From positions 461-64,460 of the forward strand of contig JBFHFF010000006.1 in the NCBI GenBank assembly GCA_041583775.1: 64,000 nt of DNA. Reading direction: 5' to 3'. Below the pieces are notes generated by a model. The model did no database searches. It was not told where the DNA came from and was given only the letters and a program-made list of their open reading frames with translations. A program made the translations under genes and the position numbers. Positions 18,333 through 29,484 of the stretch are shown in pieces (positions within the stretch are counted from its first letter, which is position 1; each line of letters opens with the position of its first letter). The DNA comes from Candidatus Moraniibacteriota bacterium. Lineage in GTDB: Bacteria; Patescibacteriota; Minisyncoccia; Moranbacterales; DUUL01.

Positions 18333-18447
18333 TTTTTAAAATAATCACATAAATATTTTATGTGAATCGTTTTTATTATTTATTTGACTTTAGGAATGAA
18401 GCTGATATTATAGCAATATGCATTGATGTAATATTTAACAAAATATA

Positions 18448-18762
18448 ATGAGGATAGAAGAGTGTTGGTGTAATGAAAGTGAGTCAAAAGACTTGGTCTG
18501 TCTAGAGAATTTTTTGAAAATAATAGCTGAAAAAAATCGCTTGAGAATAATTTGTTTTCTAAATAAAAAGGGCGAAATGTGTGTGTGTAATATTTTCAAA
18601 AACTTAGGTTTGTCACAAAATTTAACTTCCCATCACTTAAAGAAACTAAGAGATGCCTTTTTGTTAAATGAGAGAAAGGAAGGTGTTTTTGTATTTTATT
18701 CGGTTAATCAAGAGGAGTTTAAGAAATATGAGTTGCTGTTTAAAAAAATAATTTCAAAATAA
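18448..18762 (+). CDS. ArsR/SmtB family metalloregulator
   Basis: RLRII...EMCVC.I...LSQ..TSHHLK.L HTH. Confidence 0.9.
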   Translation: MRIEECWCNESESKDLVCLENFLKIIAEKNRLRIICFLNKKGEMCVCNIFKNLGLSQNLTSHHLKKLRDAFLLNERKEGVFVFYSVNQEEFKKYELLFKKIISK

Positions 18763-18768
18763 AAATAT

Positions 18769-19734
18769 ATGATAGAGGAATTTGCAAATTGGGTAGTTTT
18801 GAATTTTTTGAAAGTTGACGCAGGCACGCATTTAGCTGAAAGTATGGAATTCTTTTTTGTTGATGTAATAAAAATTCTTTTTTTATTATTTTTAATGACT
18901 CATTTGATGAGTCTATTTCGTTTTTATTTTCCAATTGGGAAGTTGCGTAATTTTCTTACAACCCGTAATTTTTTTGGAGCTGACTATTTTCTGGCAAGTA
19001 TTTTTGGTGCTTTAACACCTTTTTGCTCTTGTTCTTCAATTCCGCTTTTCATTGGTTTTTTAGGAGCGAGAATTAAAATTGGAGTGACCTTTGCTTTTTT
19101 GATTACATCTCCACTTATTAATGAAGTTGCAGTTGCAATCTTTATTGGTGTTTTTGGTTGGAAAATTACAATCATATATATTTTGGCAGGAATTATAATT
19201 GGAGTGCTCGGAGGGTTTATTTTAGAAAAAATGGGGGTGGAAAAATATCTAACAGATTACATTAAAGATATTCAGGAAAGTGGAATAAAAACAGGAACAG
19301 CAACTCAAAAAAAGAAGCTTTCAATTGGTGTTTTACGGCACATCTCAAAAGAGGCTTTTTCAATTGTTAAAGGCATCGCAATTTATGTTATTGTTGGGGT
19401 TGCTGTAGGAGCAGTTATTCATGGATATGTGCCAGCTGGATTTTTTGAGCATTATATTACTAAAGAAAATATTTTTGCAGTTCCAATTTCTGTAATTTTG
19501 GCAGTTCCTATGTATTCAAATGCAAGCGGTGTAATTCCAATCATTGAATCGTTGGTGGACAAAGGAGTCCCACTGGGAACGGCACTTGCTTTTATGATGG
19601 CTGTAGTTGGGGTTTCTTTGCCAGAAGCTTTGATTTTAAAAAAAGTAATGAAATTGCCATTGCTTGGAGCTTTCTTTGGAGTGGTAACTATCGGAATAAT
19701 TATAATTGGCTATTTGTTTAATTTTATTTCTTAG
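18769..19734 (+). CDS. ArsP-like (DUF318) permease
   Basis: TPFCSCSSIP motif; multi-TM; directly downstream of ArsR. Confidence 0.88.
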   Translation: MIEEFANWVVLNFLKVDAGTHLAESMEFFFVDVIKILFLLFLMTHLMSLFRFYFPIGKLRNFLTTRNFFGADYFLASIFGALTPFCSCSSIPLFIGFLGARIKIGVTFAFLITSPLINEVAVAIFIGVFGWKITIIYILAGIIIGVLGGFILEKMGVEKYLTDYIKDIQESGIKTGTATQKKKLSIGVLRHISKEAFSIVKGIAIYVIVGVAVGAVIHGYVPAGFFEHYITKENIFAVPISVILAVPMYSNASGVIPIIESLVDKGVPLGTALAFMMAVVGVSLPEALILKKVMKLPLLGAFFGVVTIGIIIIGYLFNFIS

Positions 19735-19777
19735 GGCTACATATTAACATTGTGTATAAATATTTTATATTTTTCTA

Positions 19778-19817
19778 AATCAAAAACCGCCAGAATTTTC
19801 TGGCGGTTTTTGATTTG
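19778..19817. terminator. Bidirectional terminator
   Basis: Perfect inverted repeat aaatcaaaaaccgccagaa/ttctggcggtttttgattt between convergent genes. Confidence 0.85.
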
Positions 19818-19830
19818 AAGTACTTTCTTC

Positions 19831-20415
19831 TTATGGCATATCCAGTAGAGCAGGTGATTCCTCGGCTTCAGCGTTTTCATCTGCTGATATTATCCATTCA
19901 TTTTCATCTAATGAAAGTGTGTTTTTTAAATTACCATCAACCAGATAGACATTTGTGACACCTTTTTTTCTGGCATAAAAAGAGTCAAATGATGGTCCAT
20001 TTTTTCCTAGAAAGAAGATAGAATCATCACCGTTTGAAGTTATAGTGAGAACAGTTGAACTTTCTTGATCGACCTTAAATTTTGCTTGGTTATTTTTGTT
20101 GTTCGATGATTGTTTTTGTACGGTTGCTGTTTTCAGGTTGGCAAAAAGGGTGTCCATTTTTTCTTTTGAAGCCTCTTTATCATTAACCATCCAAATGTCA
20201 TCTTTTAAGGTTAAGGTAAGATTTTCTCCTTCTTGTGAGATAGAAATTTTTTCTGTATTTTCTCTTGTAAATTGGGAGAAATTTACACTAACATTTTCAA
20301 ATTTGTCAGAAATTTCTTTTTTTGAAGTAGTTTTTTCTTTTACCCAAGGAAGGGCGGTAATAACTATAAGAGCGGTGAAGATTATTGCTAATATTTTTAT
20401 ATTCTTTGGTTTCAT
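19831..20415 (-). CDS. DUF4340 domain protein
   Basis: N-terminal TM; LGK.GP....YAR....VYLV; follows the Gld-type ABC genes. Confidence 0.7.
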   Translation of the reverse strand: MKPKNIKILAIIFTALIVITALPWVKEKTTSKKEISDKFENVSVNFSQFTRENTEKISISQEGENLTLTLKDDIWMVNDKEASKEKMDTLFANLKTATVQKQSSNNKNNQAKFKVDQESSTVLTITSNGDDSIFFLGKNGPSFDSFYARKKGVTNVYLVDGNLKNTLSLDENEWIISADENAEAEESPALLDMP

Positions 20416-20433
20416 TGATTTGTCTTTTATGAG

Positions 20434-22725
20434 TTAGCTTTCATAGGAACGGTGTTTCATATTTTTCCTGCGCGTCATTCTAAAAAATCCAAATCCAGCT
20501 GGGAGAATGAGCGCAATTGCAAGATTTGAGAATTTGATAGTATTCGCTTGCTTTTCATCTTTTAATAACAATGTTCGATCTGTTTGGTTTCGAAATTGAA
20601 TTTCAGAAAGTGATTTCTCTTGTGCAAGCCAAGAGATGGACTCCATTCCAAGAGCTAAATTTCCAAAAGGTCCTTCGACGAATCCGTCAGAAATGAAATC
20701 GGAATCACCGATAATTACAAACCTGGAAGCATTTTCTTTTGATGCTGAAGCTGCTAATAATTTAACTCCTAATCCAGTTGAGGGGAATTCTTGATCAAGA
20801 CTAATGTTAAATTGTCCACTTTGAGTGCCACCAGCTTGGGTTGTGGTGATTAACTTTTTAACCTCCAGAGCGTTTTTGTTTGCAATGTCATCATCTATCG
20901 AAATAGAGCTTGCCCATGGCATAAGTACATTCTGAACATCTTTTGTGATCAATGAGTTTTCTTCAGTTGGATTTGTGCGAGCCCAAAAAGGATACCTCAT
21001 TCTCACTGGAAAGGCCCCGCCTCCTGCTTGGACGACTTCATTTGAACGCAAATCATAAACAAGATTTTTTTCGATTTCTACAGATGTTTCTTCTTTTATG
21101 AAATCAATTAAGGTGCTTTCCAGTTCCGTTGCCGACAGAGTTTGTGTTGAAATTTCCACGCTGTCTACTAGGAAGAATACGCTACCACCGGCATTAATAA
21201 ATCTTTTAATCTCTTCTTTTTCAATTGGAGAAATATCTTGTTTTGGTCCAGCAATTACCAATACATCAACATCTTTAGGGATGTTTATTGTTTGAGGAGT
21301 TTGCATTTCATTCACACCCTCACCAGGGATTTTTTTCGTAGAAGGAGACACAAGTGAATCGTCTTTTACTTCTTGATCTGGTGCGACAGTTGTTATATTA
21401 AATTGTTTGGAAAGTTCTCTTTTGAGAAGTGTTAATTCCTGGGTAAGACTTTTTTCTCCATGACCAGACAGAAATGCAACTGTTTTTTTGTCTTCGCTGG
21501 TCAGTTTTACAATGAAGCTAGTTAATTGATATTCTAAATCGCTAGTGTTTCCGATAAATGGCAAAGATTCGTGCTCACCACCATATGAGACTGCTAGTCC
21601 TAAATATCCATATTGTAATTGTCGTTCCTCGGCTCTTATTATGTCAAAAGGAATTTTTTCAACACCCAAGGAGGCGGCCTCTTTTGCTACTTTATCGTCA
21701 CCAAGTGGATATTTAATTTCTAACGCAACCTGTCCTTTTCCGAGTGTTTTGTAATCTTTTAATGTGTCTTTTATTTCTCTTAAAGTTGGTTGAAGTGTAG
21801 AAGGAAGTTTATTGGATGTGAAAAAGGTAATTGTAACAGTATCATCCAGGTTGTTTAGTAGTTCCTTCGTAGTTTCACTTAGGGTATATATTTTTTCTTC
21901 TGTTAGATCAATTCTTCCCGGAATTCTTGAACCAATAATATTCGTCATCAAAATAATTCCTACAAGCAAAAATGTTCCCATTTGAAAATTGCGGTATACT
22001 TTCTTTTGATTTCCAAATTTAGCTTTCAAAAGCAATAAATGAGCAATAACTAGAAATGTTGCTGCAATTGAAATAAAATACCAAACATCTCTTAAGTCTA
22101 AAACTCCACGAGACATTGATTCAAAATGTGTTAAGGCTGAAAATTGTTCGAAAAATGGAATCAATACTGAGCTAATCCTTGAAGTTACAAGTTCAAGACC
22201 AGAAATAATTAGGAAGAAACTTGAAACAGCTGTAACTAAAAGTGCAGAAACCTGACTCTTAAAAAAACTAGAAACTAGAATTCCCAATGCCGAAAGAGTT
22301 GATGCAAGAAAAACACTAGCAAGATATTGTCCCCAAAAAACTCCCCAATCTAAATTTCCTATTGAATTTAACCACATTGCAATTGGAAGTGAGAAGAGTA
22401 AAGCGAGCATTAGAAAAATTGTACTCGCAAGAAATTTTCCGATAATAAATTCACTTTCTTTTAAGGGTCGTGATAAAAGAAGTTCAATTGTGCCCTCGGC
22501 TTTTTCTTGTGCAACAGTTCCCATTGTTAGAGCTGGAATAATCAACAAAAAAACCCAAGGAAGAAGCATAAATAAACTACTTAAAGACGCGAGTCCTTCT
22601 TGGAAAACATTTTTAAAGAAGAGAAATTCCCAAAGTAATAAAAATGAGACTAGAGCAATGTAGGCGGTAGGATTGTTGAAATAACTACCCAGCTCTTTTT
22701 TGATTATAGTAATTATATTTTTCAT
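20434..22725 (-). CDS. Fused GldF-type ABC-2 permease / GldG-type auxiliary component
   Basis: KEL.SYF..P.AY, E...GTIELL, RIDLTEEK.YTLS and LSGHGE motifs. Confidence 0.85.
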   Translation of the reverse strand: MKNIITIIKKELGSYFNNPTAYIALVSFLLLWEFLFFKNVFQEGLASLSSLFMLLPWVFLLIIPALTMGTVAQEKAEGTIELLLSRPLKESEFIIGKFLASTIFLMLALLFSLPIAMWLNSIGNLDWGVFWGQYLASVFLASTLSALGILVSSFFKSQVSALLVTAVSSFFLIISGLELVTSRISSVLIPFFEQFSALTHFESMSRGVLDLRDVWYFISIAATFLVIAHLLLLKAKFGNQKKVYRNFQMGTFLLVGIILMTNIIGSRIPGRIDLTEEKIYTLSETTKELLNNLDDTVTITFFTSNKLPSTLQPTLREIKDTLKDYKTLGKGQVALEIKYPLGDDKVAKEAASLGVEKIPFDIIRAEERQLQYGYLGLAVSYGGEHESLPFIGNTSDLEYQLTSFIVKLTSEDKKTVAFLSGHGEKSLTQELTLLKRELSKQFNITTVAPDQEVKDDSLVSPSTKKIPGEGVNEMQTPQTINIPKDVDVLVIAGPKQDISPIEKEEIKRFINAGGSVFFLVDSVEISTQTLSATELESTLIDFIKEETSVEIEKNLVYDLRSNEVVQAGGGAFPVRMRYPFWARTNPTEENSLITKDVQNVLMPWASSISIDDDIANKNALEVKKLITTTQAGGTQSGQFNISLDQEFPSTGLGVKLLAASASKENASRFVIIGDSDFISDGFVEGPFGNLALGMESISWLAQEKSLSEIQFRNQTDRTLLLKDEKQANTIKFSNLAIALILPAGFGFFRMTRRKNMKHRSYES

Positions 22726-22755
22726 ATCTTTCTATTTTTTCCTTTAATGATTTAG

Positions 22756-23682
22756 TTATTTCGTTTTTGTTAGATCTTGGAAAATATCCTCAAGATTTTG
22801 CTCTTTTTCAACTAATTTCCAAATTACCCAGTTATTTTTTTGTGACACCCTCGATATCTCTGGTTGAATCCTAGTTTCTTTTTCGGTTACAATCGAAAGT
22901 TTGGTTATTTTTTCTTTGATGATGATATTTTTAAATTCTTTAATCGCTGAAATATTTTTAAGCTCTTTTTCGATGTTTTTGCCTTCAATTTCAAGTGTTA
23001 ATAATCTTTCATTTTTTGCGGCAAGTGATAGTTCTTCAGTAGTTCCATTTGCAACAAGTTTTCCTTTGTTGATAATAAGCATCCTATCGCAAACGGCAGA
23101 GGCCTCTTGCATAATATGAGTACTGATGATGATTGTGTGATCTTTTGCTAACTTTTTAATAAGTGCCCGTATCTCCTTTCTTTGATTTGGATCCAAGCCT
23201 TCAGTTGGTTCGTCCATAATGATGATTTCGGGATTGTGAATCAATGCAGCTGCAATTCCAACTCTCTGCCGAAATCCTTTTGAGAGTTCATTTATCGGTC
23301 GATAAAAAACATCTTTAATATCAACTGCTTCAACAACAAAATCTAAAGATTTCTTTTTTTCCTCTTTTTTTATTCCATTTAAATCTGCAGTAAGGTTTAA
23401 AAATTCTGAAACTTGCATATCTTTATATAAAGGATTGCTTTCTGGTAGATAACCAATTTTTCTTTGAACACTCATTGTGTCTTCTTCGATGTTTTTTCCA
23501 TCAATAATAATTTTCCCCGAGTCAGCAGAAGTAAATCCTGTTAGCATTCTCATAGTGGTAGTTTTCCCAGCACCATTTGGACCTAGAAAACCAACGATTT
23601 CACCTTTTTTAATTTCAAAAGAAAGGTCTTTAACTGCTTTTACGAAGCCGAAAGATTTGGAGATTTTCTCAACTTTTATCAT
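22756..23682 (-). CDS. ABC transporter ATPase (GldA-like)
   Basis: GPNGAGKTT, LSKGFRQRVG, DEPT. Confidence 0.92.
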   Translation of the reverse strand: MIKVEKISKSFGFVKAVKDLSFEIKKGEIVGFLGPNGAGKTTTMRMLTGFTSADSGKIIIDGKNIEEDTMSVQRKIGYLPESNPLYKDMQVSEFLNLTADLNGIKKEEKKKSLDFVVEAVDIKDVFYRPINELSKGFRQRVGIAAALIHNPEIIIMDEPTEGLDPNQRKEIRALIKKLAKDHTIIISTHIMQEASAVCDRMLIINKGKLVANGTTEELSLAAKNERLLTLEIEGKNIEKELKNISAIKEFKNIIIKEKITKLSIVTEKETRIQPEISRVSQKNNWVIWKLVEKEQNLEDIFQDLTKTK

Positions 23683-23860
23683 TGTCGATTTGTTATTTTT
23701 TATAATATTTGTAGTGTTTATTCTTTCAGTTTTTCAGTATACTGCGAAACATAAATATTGGCAAACGCCTTAATTGTTGATAAAAAAGTAATATATTTTT
23801 TATTTATTTTTAAAAAATGTTATACTTTTAGAAATTATAATAATAACTTATAAATAAAAA

Positions 23861-24862
23861 ATGAAAGAGCAATTGGAAAAATTTAAAAAAGAAAAACTTT
23901 TTAAGTTGTTGAAATTTTTAGGGGCACTGTTTGTTTTAGTTGTACTTTTCAACATCTATAGCTCATTTTTTTTAAAAAAGAGCCATTCTAGTTTAGTTGG
24001 AAATGGAACAAGTAAAGAATCTATAACGGGAATTTCTGGTGGAGATGGATTTTTTGGAGCGGTTAATTCTCCTAATATAAAAAGAGGAACAGTAGAAAAC
24101 AATGCATTGGATAGTGTGGCGTCAACGGAGCTAAGGGAGCTTGCTGTTGGTGATGATATGCAAGTTTCTCAAGTAGATAAAAAAATAATAAAAAACGGAT
24201 TTTTAACCTTAAAAGTTGAAAGCACAGATGGTGCCACAGAAGAAATAACTAAGATAATCACTGAAAATGATGGAGAGATTTTCTCAAGTAATTTTAATGA
24301 ATATGTTAGAGGTTCAAGAAGTGGTACTATTACAGTGAAAGTGCCTGCTCCAAATTTTCAAAAAACAATTACTGAGTTAAAGACTGTTGCAACGCAAGTG
24401 GTTAACGAGTCAACTTCAGGGCAAGATGTAACTGAGCAATATGTTGATTTGCAAGCACAGTTGAAGAACAAAAAGGCTGAGGAACAAACTTTTGTTAGCC
24501 TTTTAGATCGATCGGGGGAATTAAATGATGTACTTAGTGTTTCAAGAGAAATTGCTCGAGTAAGAGGTGAAATAGAGAGGTTGGAGGGCAAGGTTAAGTA
24601 TCTTGAATCTCAAACGGATATGTCCACGATTACCGTTAATCTTAGTGAGGATATTGAGGTGACACCAATTAGCGATGATTGGCGACCAACACAAGTTGTA
24701 AAAAAAGCATTAAATGATTTGAAAGTGGCCTCACAAGACTTTGTGAATGCGATGATTCATTTCTTTATTGTAACGATTCCTTCATTAATTCCTTTTGCAA
24801 TCTTCCTTTTTATTGCTTATTGGATTGGTAAGAAAATCTATTTAAAAGTTTCTAAGAAATAG
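23861..24862 (+). CDS. DUF4349 domain protein
   Basis: KIIKNG.L.L.V, QDVTEQYVDLQA and coiled coil; C-terminal TM. Confidence 0.85.
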   Translation: MKEQLEKFKKEKLFKLLKFLGALFVLVVLFNIYSSFFLKKSHSSLVGNGTSKESITGISGGDGFFGAVNSPNIKRGTVENNALDSVASTELRELAVGDDMQVSQVDKKIIKNGFLTLKVESTDGATEEITKIITENDGEIFSSNFNEYVRGSRSGTITVKVPAPNFQKTITELKTVATQVVNESTSGQDVTEQYVDLQAQLKNKKAEEQTFVSLLDRSGELNDVLSVSREIARVRGEIERLEGKVKYLESQTDMSTITVNLSEDIEVTPISDDWRPTQVVKKALNDLKVASQDFVNAMIHFFIVTIPSLIPFAIFLFIAYWIGKKIYLKVSKK

Positions 24863-25083
24863 ACTGGGAAAAAAGTGTGTAAAAATAAAAAACACTTTCG
24901 ATTTTTTTGGAAGTGTTTTTTATTGAAATTTGTTTGATTTGGTGGCATTAATTTGTTTTATTTGTGTGTTTTTTAATCTGGGTCATTTTGTGATATAATA
25001 GAAACATTAAAAAATATTTATTGGAGGCGATTCCAAGTAAGCCCTTCATTGTTTTCTAGGGCTTGTAAAAAATAAATAAAAAA

Positions 25084-25650
25084 ATGGAAATATTTGGTAC
25101 AATGAATGATGCGATTGATTATGCAAAACAATCTTTGGTTTTTTTAATTCCATTTGCAACTGCCTGTATTTTATTCTTTACTCTTTTGGAGTCAAAAGAA
25201 CAGAAGCAGCTAATTAGAAAACAACAGACATATTCTGAGCTTCCGCTTTTGCGTTTACAGTGGTCAGATAAAGATGTGAAGGAAACATTTTTAATATTAA
25301 AAAAATATAAAAAAGAGAAATTTGAGTCCTATACTGATTTGAAATTGATTAATGTCGGAAATGGAATGGCGCGAGATGTTAAGATTAGTCCTTTTAAAAT
25401 CAACAAAAAGCAGTATAGGCTAATGAATGTGGATGTTTTGGCCAGTGGTCAATATGCCCAACTTCGTTATAGGGAGGGATTTAAAAATAAAGGTTTTTTG
25501 GATGACGAGAATTATAAACATAAATTTATAATTCCAGTAAGATATAAAGATGTTGAGGGTTCAAATTGGTTAGTGAAATTTGAGTTAGATGTTGATTATA
25601 ATGATGGTTTTAGGGTGATTGGGCCAACAAGGACCGATGTTACTGTTTAG
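25084..25650 (+). CDS. Hypothetical membrane protein
   Basis: TM then L.NVGNG.A motif. Confidence 0.65.
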   Translation: MEIFGTMNDAIDYAKQSLVFLIPFATACILFFTLLESKEQKQLIRKQQTYSELPLLRLQWSDKDVKETFLILKKYKKEKFESYTDLKLINVGNGMARDVKISPFKINKKQYRLMNVDVLASGQYAQLRYREGFKNKGFLDDENYKHKFIIPVRYKDVEGSNWLVKFELDVDYNDGFRVIGPTRTDVTV

Positions 25651-25676
25651 TCTCTTATCAAATATAAAACAAAAAA

Positions 25677-26276
25677 ATGAAAAAATTGCAAAAGACAGTG
25701 AAAGAAAAAAATAAAAAGAAAAGTTTTCGTGGAGGAGAAGAATATAAAGCATTGTCCTTATTTATTTTGGGAACAGTTGGTTTTCTATTGTTGGTTTATA
25801 TTGGTTTCGGATTGGTAATGGTGGCAATAAAAGCTGATAGGTTGGTACATAATCAAAAAATTGCTAATAAAGTACCTTCTGAGATTGGAACTGTTAGGCG
25901 TGATATTCGAAATGATGATGCAACTGGTGTAAATAAAGAGCGAAGAAATGTGAATGTTATCGTTAAAGAAGTTTTTGGGAAAATTACCTCAATAAATGGA
26001 GATGTTGTGACAGTTGAAACAAAAGTATATGGGGATGAGGTTAAAAATATTCGTTTAAAACTTGCTAGTGAAAATGAGGGTGGGATTTTTAAATATGAAG
26101 AAACTGAAGATGGCAGTGAATCTGAAGTAGAAATGAAGATTGAAGAACTTGAAGAAGGAATGTATGTGGGGGTTAGGCTTCCTGTGGAGATTTTGTTGTC
26201 AGAAATTGAAAAAGACCTTGTCTATGTTGATAATATAGTTGTTGATGTTGAATATGAAGATGAATTGCAAGAGTAG
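25677..26276 (+). CDS. Hypothetical membrane-anchored protein
   Basis: Single TM; OB-like GKITSINGD..TV segment. Confidence 0.65.
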   Translation: MKKLQKTVKEKNKKKSFRGGEEYKALSLFILGTVGFLLLVYIGFGLVMVAIKADRLVHNQKIANKVPSEIGTVRRDIRNDDATGVNKERRNVNVIVKEVFGKITSINGDVVTVETKVYGDEVKNIRLKLASENEGGIFKYEETEDGSESEVEMKIEELEEGMYVGVRLPVEILLSEIEKDLVYVDNIVVDVEYEDELQE

Positions 26277-26305
26277 TATCTTTATATAAATTATAAAAAA
26301 GTTAT

Positions 26306-27772
26306 ATGAAAAATAAAGCAGAAAAAATATTATTTGCATTGATTTTAACAATAGTGCCTTTAGGGGTGTTTTCTCCTGCTCTTGCTGCCCCTGGTGATTG
26401 CGGGAATAATTTCTCTGCCAGTTTTTTGTATTCTGGAAAAAGGTTAAATACGAGTAGTCCTTTTACGACAATTGTTCCAACTGGATATGAGTTCAAAACC
26501 AACCTTTTAATTAATGCTGAAGGAGAGGATCAGCTTAAAGCAGGAGAAAATGTTGAAATTGTTTTGGTGATGGATAGGTCTGGATCGATGGACGATGAGG
26601 AAGATGGCCTGCTTAAAATCGATGCTGCGAAAAATGCTTTAAATGTTGTTGCTGATACTTTTATTACAAGCTCAAATACTGATAATCGTTTGGGACTGGT
26701 TACATATAACGAAAATGTAACACTTGATCAGACATTAACTTCAAATTACAATAAGGTAAAAGATTCAATCTATAGTTTCTCTGCTTCAGGACAAACTAAT
26801 ATTAGTGGTGCTTTGATGAGCGCTAGTAATCATTTGAAATCAGCTGCTGATTCTGATGCGCAAAAATTTATTATTATTGCTTCAGACGGAAATCAAAACA
26901 TCGGACTACCAATTAATTTTGGGATTATGAGTGTTGGTAGTGATACAACGGTTTTCTCCGTTGGTATAGGCAAGGATGCTGATAGTTCTACTTTGACAAA
27001 AATAGCAGAGGAATCTGGTAATAAGGAGGGTAAATATTATTCTTCAAATGTTGGTGATTTGACATCAGTTTTTGGTAAAATCATTGAAGATATTTTAATT
27101 CCTTTTAGACCTGAGAACATAGAGACAACTTTCTATCGTGATAATGCTGATAAGTTTAGTTTGGTTTCGGTTAGTCCAATTTATTCGACAGTTTCTGATG
27201 ATGAAATTTATTGGAATAATTTGGGGTCAATGTTAAATGGTGCTAACAGGGAATTTGATTTAATTTATAATCAAGATGGAGGAGTTGGTGTCGGAATGCC
27301 AATTAATACTGGGCAACTCTTGATGAAATATGACTTATTTGGGAATGTTTGTTCAGAGATTGTTCCAATTGAAGTAATCGTGATTGAAAATGAACCACAA
27401 TGTATAGGAAATATTCCAGCTAATGCAAATTTATGTATAGGTGATGAGTCAGGACTTCTTACGGAAACTTCTCGTAAGGCAGTAAATAGCTGTTCAGATA
27501 CTAATAAATGTGAATATGTTTGTGAGGCAGATTTTAAATTACAAGACGGGAAGTGTGTAATGGAGGGAGCTTGCGGAGCTGCAGAAGAAAAATCTTGGTG
27601 TCGTGATGAGCCGACCAGCGGATGGTGCAGTGAAGGGAGTTCATTAGTTGAGGGTCCAAGTCCAGTTGGAAATAAATGGGTTTGGTCTTGTGCAGGAATG
27701 TTTGGTGGACCAAGTGTGAATTGTCAAGCAACTCGTGTTTGTGGGGAAGGTTGGCGAGAGGTTAGTTTATAA
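26306..27772 (+). CDS. Secreted vWA-domain protein with Cys-rich C-terminus
   Basis: MIDAS DRSGS, TNI..AL, SDG; C-terminal GACG..C..W.WSC.G..GG motif. Confidence 0.85.
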   Translation: MKNKAEKILFALILTIVPLGVFSPALAAPGDCGNNFSASFLYSGKRLNTSSPFTTIVPTGYEFKTNLLINAEGEDQLKAGENVEIVLVMDRSGSMDDEEDGLLKIDAAKNALNVVADTFITSSNTDNRLGLVTYNENVTLDQTLTSNYNKVKDSIYSFSASGQTNISGALMSASNHLKSAADSDAQKFIIIASDGNQNIGLPINFGIMSVGSDTTVFSVGIGKDADSSTLTKIAEESGNKEGKYYSSNVGDLTSVFGKIIEDILIPFRPENIETTFYRDNADKFSLVSVSPIYSTVSDDEIYWNNLGSMLNGANREFDLIYNQDGGVGVGMPINTGQLLMKYDLFGNVCSEIVPIEVIVIENEPQCIGNIPANANLCIGDESGLLTETSRKAVNSCSDTNKCEYVCEADFKLQDGKCVMEGACGAAEEKSWCRDEPTSGWCSEGSSLVEGPSPVGNKWVWSCAGMFGGPSVNCQATRVCGEGWREVSL

Positions 27773-28010
27773 CAAAAAAGTTATTTTTTTATAAAAGTTT
27801 CCAATTTTATTTTGGGAACTTTTATTTATTTTTCTATTTATCTTGAAAAGGTTGTTTATATTTTATGATGATGAATATATTTTATAAATAATAATAAAAA
27901 TCTATATTCATTATTATTTTTTACTTGAGAGATTTTCTTTTTTCGTGTATAATTAAAAAAGAAAAGAAGATATTGGTATTTCGAAATAAAAAAACAAAAC
28001 CCAAAAGGGG

Positions 28011-29468
28011 ATGAATAAAAAGACAATAAACAGTAAAAATGGACGCAATAATCTAAGTGGTTTTATTGCGGCTTATGCGTTAGTTACTGCAGCAGTTGTG
28101 ACAACATTGTTAACAGGGCTTTTAGTTTTCGTTAGTGTTGCTCAAAGAAGGAGTTCTGATGAAATTTCTCGTCAGCAAGCACTGCAACTAGCTGAAAGCG
28201 GTGTTTATTTTTACAAATGGTATTTGGCACATAATTTGGATGGAAAAAACGCTCAACAAATTAGAAATTTTTGGGATTCAGGAACCGTCTATGGGACTGA
28301 CTCGGCGTACGAAGTTGAAATAAGCGATAATGAAGGCCATCCGCTTGGCAGGTATAGTTTAGATGTTACAATCCCCAGTGTTGACTCCACGATTGCAACA
28401 GTTGAGTCAACTGGTTGGACATATCAACATCCTGAAATTAAAAGATCTGTTAGAGTTCGTTTTAGAAGGGCATCCTGGAGTGAATTTTCTGTGCTTGCAA
28501 ATGACGCAATGAGATTTGGGGAAGGCACAAATGTACAAGGCCCAATACATTCTAATGGGGGAATTCGTTTTGATGGCGTTGCTAATAACCAAGTTTCTTC
28601 GTCAGTAGCTTCATATGTTGATCCAGATACGGGGATTATCAGGCCAGGAGTTTGGACATCTCAAGCAGATGAAGATGCTGTATTTTTGGCGGGAAAAAAA
28701 TTTCCTGTTCCAGCGATTGATTTTAATGGGGTTACAACTGATTTATCTCTAATTAAATCTGAAGCGAGTAGTGATGGTTTGTATTTTGGTGGTGATACTT
28801 ATACAAAAACTTCTTGTGGGTGGGTTCATGATCATGGATGGAAATGGAATTGTCAGACACAGGAAGAGCCAGTTGTTGGGTATCATATAACCTTAAGAAC
28901 AGATGATAAAATAGAAAAACGACTTGTTTATAGTAGTGGCGCAACAACATTTAATATTAGTGATGAATCTTCGGCGGAGATTTTGGATATTCCAAGTAAT
29001 GGTTTGATTTTTATCGAGGATAATGTTTGGGTTGATGGCTCTATTGATACAGCTAGGGTGACAATTGCTTCTGCTAATTTGGAATCTGATGCAATTGAGA
29101 CTGATATATATATAAATAATGATATTAAATATACACATACTGATGGACAAGAAGTTTTGGGATTAATTGCTGAAAGAGATATTTCAATCGGATTATATTC
29201 TGAAGATTATCTTGAAATAGACGCTGCTCTATTGGCCCAGAAAGGAAGAGTCGGGAGAGATCATTATACCTCTACCGGTTATCGTTGGAGAGATACAATA
29301 ACTATTTATGGTTCAATTGCAACTAATTATCGTTATGGTTTTGCTTGGACTGATAACACGGGATATACTAATAGAAATTTGATTTTTGATAATAACTTGC
29401 TTTATACGCCACCACCTTTCTTCCCAACTGGAACTACATATGATTTGGATTTATGGGAAGATTTATAA
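28011..29468 (+). CDS. PilX-like minor pilin / pilus assembly protein
   Basis: G-F/hydrophobic N-terminus, QALQLAESG motif; heads the pilMNO cluster. Confidence 0.7.
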   Translation: MNKKTINSKNGRNNLSGFIAAYALVTAAVVTTLLTGLLVFVSVAQRRSSDEISRQQALQLAESGVYFYKWYLAHNLDGKNAQQIRNFWDSGTVYGTDSAYEVEISDNEGHPLGRYSLDVTIPSVDSTIATVESTGWTYQHPEIKRSVRVRFRRASWSEFSVLANDAMRFGEGTNVQGPIHSNGGIRFDGVANNQVSSSVASYVDPDTGIIRPGVWTSQADEDAVFLAGKKFPVPAIDFNGVTTDLSLIKSEASSDGLYFGGDTYTKTSCGWVHDHGWKWNCQTQEEPVVGYHITLRTDDKIEKRLVYSSGATTFNISDESSAEILDIPSNGLIFIEDNVWVDGSIDTARVTIASANLESDAIETDIYINNDIKYTHTDGQEVLGLIAERDISIGLYSEDYLEIDAALLAQKGRVGRDHYTSTGYRWRDTITIYGSIATNYRYGFAWTDNTGYTNRNLIFDNNLLYTPPPFFPTGTTYDLDLWEDL

Positions 29469-29484
29469 GTTGAAAATTTAAAAA

